Positions 60,108 through 64,000 of a stretch of DNA of 64,000 nt are shown here, piece after piece. Made by a program: the position numbers and the translations under genes. Numbering within the stretch: position 1 is the first letter of the stretch; each line of letters starts with the position of its first letter. The DNA comes from Gammaproteobacteria bacterium (GTDB taxonomy: Bacteria > Pseudomonadota > Gammaproteobacteria > Steroidobacterales > Foliamicaceae), in the NCBI GenBank assembly GCA_965200225.1, contig CBDATM010000001.1, positions 516,846 through 580,845 on the forward strand, given 5' to 3'. The notes below the pieces were generated by a model that saw only the letters and a list, made by a program, of their open reading frames with translations, made no database searches and was not told the origin of the DNA.

Positions 60108-60533
60108 ATGTCTCAGGCTTCATTCGATACCCATGCGGCGGTACGGAAACTCGAACGAGCGGGATGCCCGGCCCCGCAGGCGGAAGCGATGGTTTCGCTG
60201 GTGATGCAGGTGTCAAACGTTAACTTGCAGTTGGCGAAAGATGTAGAGCGTATGCGGCTTCACATCGACAACAACATAGCCAGCAAGAAGGATCTCGCCG
60301 CCCTTCGTGTCGAGATGCAGGCCGGTTTCACGAGTATGGACGAACGTTTTGCCAGCCTTGAAGCGCGTTTTGCGAGACTTGAAGCGCGGCAGGAGCAGGC
60401 GGAAAAGGTCATGCTTACCAAGGGAGAACTGTACCGGGCGCTTTGGGTGCAGGGCGGAGTGCTTGCCACGCTGATCCTGACCCTTGCCGGAGCAATGCTG
60501 GGCTTCGCGCTCTTCCTCCTCAACACTTCCTGA
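60108..60533 (+). CDS. DUF1640/CCDC90-like coiled-coil protein with C-terminal TM anchor
   Basis: FDTHAAVRKLERAG...QAEA head, ASKKDL/LTKGEL neck motifs, heptad stalk and hydrophobic C-terminus. Confidence 0.7.
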   Translation: MSQASFDTHAAVRKLERAGCPAPQAEAMVSLVMQVSNVNLQLAKDVERMRLHIDNNIASKKDLAALRVEMQAGFTSMDERFASLEARFARLEARQEQAEKVMLTKGELYRALWVQGGVLATLILTLAGAMLGFALFLLNTS

Positions 60534-60587
60534 TTTCTCCCCCTTTTTCGCCTCTCTCGGCGAAGCGCTGCTGCTGGCGTCTCCCTT

Positions 60588-60730
60588 CTGAGGGCGAGTG
60601 TCTTCTCCCTCCGCTCGCAGGGGACGCATGAACCCGTCCCTGGGGCTCGGCAACGGCGTGCGCGCCAAGCAATTGGCGCACACTGGCGTTGACGCCCCTG
60701 CGAGAGGAGGGAGGAGAAACTCGCCCCAGG
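60588..60730. repeat. Palindromic REP/REPIN-like element, copy 4 (long core)
   Basis: Same core as copies 1-3 with the extended inner hairpin; imperfect arms; between convergent genes. Confidence 0.88.
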
Positions 60731-60746
60731 AAAGCAGGCGGACGGG

Positions 60747-63223
60747 CTAGAAGTTGTAGGCCAGCCGGATACCGTAGCTTCGCGGAATGGGCGCGGAGAC
60801 CCGGACTTCGTTCTTGTTCGGACCCGAAATAAAGGTGAACAGGTCCACGCCGAGCGCGCCTTGCAGGAATTCATCGTGATCCAGGGCGTTCTCTACGAAG
60901 GCCTCGACCGAAAAACTCGCGCTGCGCGCGCCGATACGGATATTCACGTTACTGTAGGGCGACGTTTTCGCGATATTGGAAAAATCCGTGTAGCGGCTGC
61001 CCTGGTGGGCCCAGTCCACCCGGCCGTACCAGTCCCAATCGCCCATCAGATTGTCCTCGTACTGACCGGACACGGCCCATGTGACCCGGGGCGCGCTGGG
61101 CAATTCATTGCCAACCACGCCGTCGAAGCTTCCGTAAACCAGATTGCAGTCGCCGCACACGAAGGATTTCACCTCGGTATCGTTCAGGCCATAGGAGGCG
61201 GAAAGCGTCAGGTTTTCGGTGGCCTGAAACTGGCCTTCGAATTCAACGCCCCGGAGTTCCGCGGTGCCGTTGTTGAGGACGACGTTGATCAGGTTGGCGA
61301 CGCCGTCGGCAACCACTGGAATACTGTTGCCGACCTGCCCGTTCAGCCATTCATCGTAGTAGAGAGCCAGGGTGGTGCGGGCGCGCCCGCCAAGCCAGGT
61401 GGCCTTCCAGCCAATCTCGTAGTTGTCCAGCTTCTCTTCAAGAATATTGAGGCCGGCCGTCGGTGCCACGGCCCTTAAGGCGTCCAGCACCGGCTGACTT
61501 GCGCTGGCCAGCACCGCATTGAAGCGTCCCGGCCGAAAACCGCGCGAGTACAGCACGTAAACCGTCGAGTTTTCCGCGTACCTGTAGTCCAGCGAGATTC
61601 GCGGAGCGAAGCTCTTGAACGTTGCGCTGAAAACCAGCGGCATCTCGGGCGGTAGCTGATTCACGCCAATCAGCGTATTCTCCGAAATTTTGTCCCATTG
61701 GTAACGCGCTTCGGCGCTCAGGGTCAGCTTGGGGGTGATGTCGTAATACGCAGCGCCGAACACGGCAGGCGTTTCCACCTCGCGTTCCACGATGGCGGAC
61801 ACGAAGAACGGTCCGATAATCAGGTTGCCGTACACCGACTGGCCCGGTGAATAGGCATCAAAATAATTGAAGCCCGCAACCCAGCGAAAGCGCTTGTCCT
61901 GAGGCGATGTGACGCGGAATTCCTGACTGTAGTCTTCCTGCTTGTTCTGGATCGCCAGCGTGGTGTTCCAGTCCGGTCGGACATCCGTGCGGCCGAGCAC
62001 GCCAATGAACCGCGGCGCAAAAGGGTTGGCTCGCGAACGGCCGTCCCGGTAGTTCAGATCAATGATGTTCTGGTTCTTGTCGGTATGGAATGCCGACAAG
62101 GAGGCGAATGAATAACCCGAAGAGTGCTCGTAGTCGATGCGTAGATTGGTCTGGAAGGCCTCGCGCTTAAGCCCCGGTTCGCGGTGGAAATCGGGATCGA
62201 ACACCAGCCAGTTGGGATTCGGATCGAACAGGGTTTTTTCGAGGATGGGATCAATCACCGTGTCGGCGGAAAAAATCGCCGGGTCCAGCTCGCTCATGCT
62301 GGGCAGCTCGCCGCAAACGTAGCCGAACGCGGCGCGCGAGCCCGGCTCAACCCCGGGGCGAAGCGGCGCGCTCAATGGGTCGCAACTGCCGTCGATATTG
62401 CCGCGCCCATTGTAGGAATCCTGCTTGAGGGCGAACTGGGTGGCTGCCCAGTCCTCGTCTACGAAGAAATTGACGAACAGTTTCGCCTTCAGCGAGTCGG
62501 TGGGCGTGAAAACGATCGAGGTCGAAACGGAATTGGTGGTGCGTTCGCCCAGCTTGTCGGACGGGTCGGCATGGTTGTCGATGTACCCCCCCCCTGACGC
62601 CAGTGTCGGCCGCTAACCCGCATCGACAGCTTATCCTTCACGAGGGGTCCCTCAATCATGATGTGCTGTTCGTTCGAGCCGAACCTGGCGAGGTCGGTGG
62701 AAATCCGACCGCCAAATTCGTTACCGGGCTCCTTCATTACAAAGTTCAGGGCGCCGACGAAAGTGGACCGGCCGAAATACGCGCTCTGCGGGCCTTTCAG
62801 GATCTCCACGCGCTCGGTGTCGACAATGCTGGGAGAATAGCCTCCCACCACCGGGGCGCCGTCGATGAACAGCAGGCCGCCAGCGTTGACGCCCACATTG
62901 ATGTTCAGGTACAGGCCGCGGAAAACCAGGGCATTGGACGATCGGTCATTGCGCCCTGAGCCGCCCTGCTGGTTGGTGAAGCTGAAACTGGGCGTGTACA
63001 ACTGAATGTCGTTCAATTCCGCCATGTCGATGGATTCGAGATCCTCGGCGGAAAAGGCGGTAATGGCCAGCGGCACTTCCATCAGGTTTTCCTCGACCTT
63101 TCGAGCCGTAACCACGATTTCTTCCAGTGCAAACTCCTGCGCGCGCACCGGCGCCGGCGTGCCCAGCAACAGCGCGAGCGACGGGATGGCCGCAACAAGG
63201 CCCGCAAACAAAAAACGTTTCAT
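60747..63223 (-). pseudogene. TonB-dependent receptor, frameshifted at a G9 tract (62586-62594)
   Basis: N-half has a signal peptide, LEEIVVTARK and RVEILKGPQSAYFGR. C-half barrel ends in AYNF. The frames join as WRQGG-YIDNHADP if the tract is G7 or G10. Confidence 0.8.
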
Positions 63224-63371
63224 CCTGTCCCCTCCAAGTGGTCCCCTCCAAACCAATGCAGCCGTGAGAAAAGCCATAAACCGATATGGCCTCACCACAA
63301 GGCTGCGTTTCGCACCGCAAGCATAAACGACGTGGCGCCAAAACAACAAACGGGATGCTACCCTACTCTGC

Positions 63372-64000
63372 ATGAGTTCCGGGCTATTGAAGAAGTCGAT
63401 CAGCCGTCGCACGTTCAATTCAGGCGCGGCGCTTGCGTCGCTTGCGGTGGCTGCTCCGTTTGTGCATACCAGCCGCGCCAGGGCTCGGGAATCGACCGAT
63501 GTCGTGGTTATGGGAGCGGGATTGTCCGGCCTTAACGCGGCCTGGATACTCAGTGAAGCCGGGCTTGATGTGCTGGTGCTTGAAGGCAGCAACCGTATCG
63601 GCGGCCGTGTGTGGTCGTCCAAGGAAAAATGGGTAACGAACGCTGGAGAGGCGCCGATCGAACTGGGAGCATCGCAAGTGGGTCCTTCCTATGCCCGCGT
63701 GCTCTACGCCATAGAACGCTTGAAGCTTTCAACCCTGGACGAGGACCGAAAGCTGTTGCCGTTCGCCTATCACCTCGACGGCACGCTTGCCAAAGGGTCC
63801 GAATGGCCCGACTCTCCTCATAACAGGACGGTTGGCGACGAACGTGAAATCCCCGCCGTTCAGTTCGCCTCGGAGATGCTGGCCAGGATCAATCCGCTCA
63901 AGGAACTGGACGACTGGCTGAGCCCCCGTTTCAGCGACTACGACGTTTCCATACACGACCTGCTGGCGCGCCACGGTGTGTCGGAGGGTGGCATCCGGCT
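63372..64000 (+). CDS. Tat-exported FAD-dependent oxidoreductase, flavin monoamine oxidase family (3' partial; missing from the ORF track)
   Basis: Manual translation MSSGLLKKSISRRTFNSG...DVVVMGAGLSGLNAAWILSEAGLDVLVLEGSNRIGGRVWS...IELGASQVG shows Tat RRxF, GxGxxG and GG motifs. Confidence 0.85.
   Translation, partial: MSSGLLKKSISRRTFNSGAALASLAVAAPFVHTSRARARESTDVVVMGAGLSGLNAAWILSEAGLDVLVLEGSNRIGGRVWSSKEKWVTNAGEAPIELGASQVGPSYARVLYAIERLKLSTLDEDRKLLPFAYHLDGTLAKGSEWPDSPHNRTVGDEREIPAVQFASEMLARINPLKELDDWLSPRFSDYDVSIHDLLARHGVSEGGIR

Overview
High-GC chromosomal segment of a gammaproteobacterium, made up mostly of housekeeping genes: msrPQ, glnK-amtB, dacB, msrB, htpG, ubiA, rdgB, rph, yicC-gmk-rpoZ-spoT-ridA-recG, a B12-riboswitch btuB-like operon, lpxL/kdkA/GT9, glnE, groESL and aroQ-accBC-fis-purH-purD. 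The FN3/Calx-beta surface protein, DUF1640-like gene and several TonB receptors resemble marine sponge-symbiont genomes (inference only). I saw no rRNA, tRNA, CRISPR array, integrase, transposase or reverse transcriptase. The main signals beyond ordinary genes are: (1) an AT-rich DnaA-box plus IHF-site cluster at about 24.33-24.56 kb, where gene orientation flips (candidate oriC or DnaA-regulatory locus, with no dnaA or gidA nearby); (2) four copies plus one diverged relative of a 115-170 bp palindromic element with a conserved asymmetric core and copy-specific but self-complementary arms; (3) a 1564-aa FN3-repeat autotransporter-like protein with constant frameworks and variable loops; (4) a TonB receptor broken at a G9 tract; (5) a decayed islet between glnE and groEL; (6) an OYE-family flavoenzyme with a non-canonical active site between rph and rdgB. 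All calls come from motif recognition by eye with no database searches, and several start codons were re-chosen relative to the ORF track.
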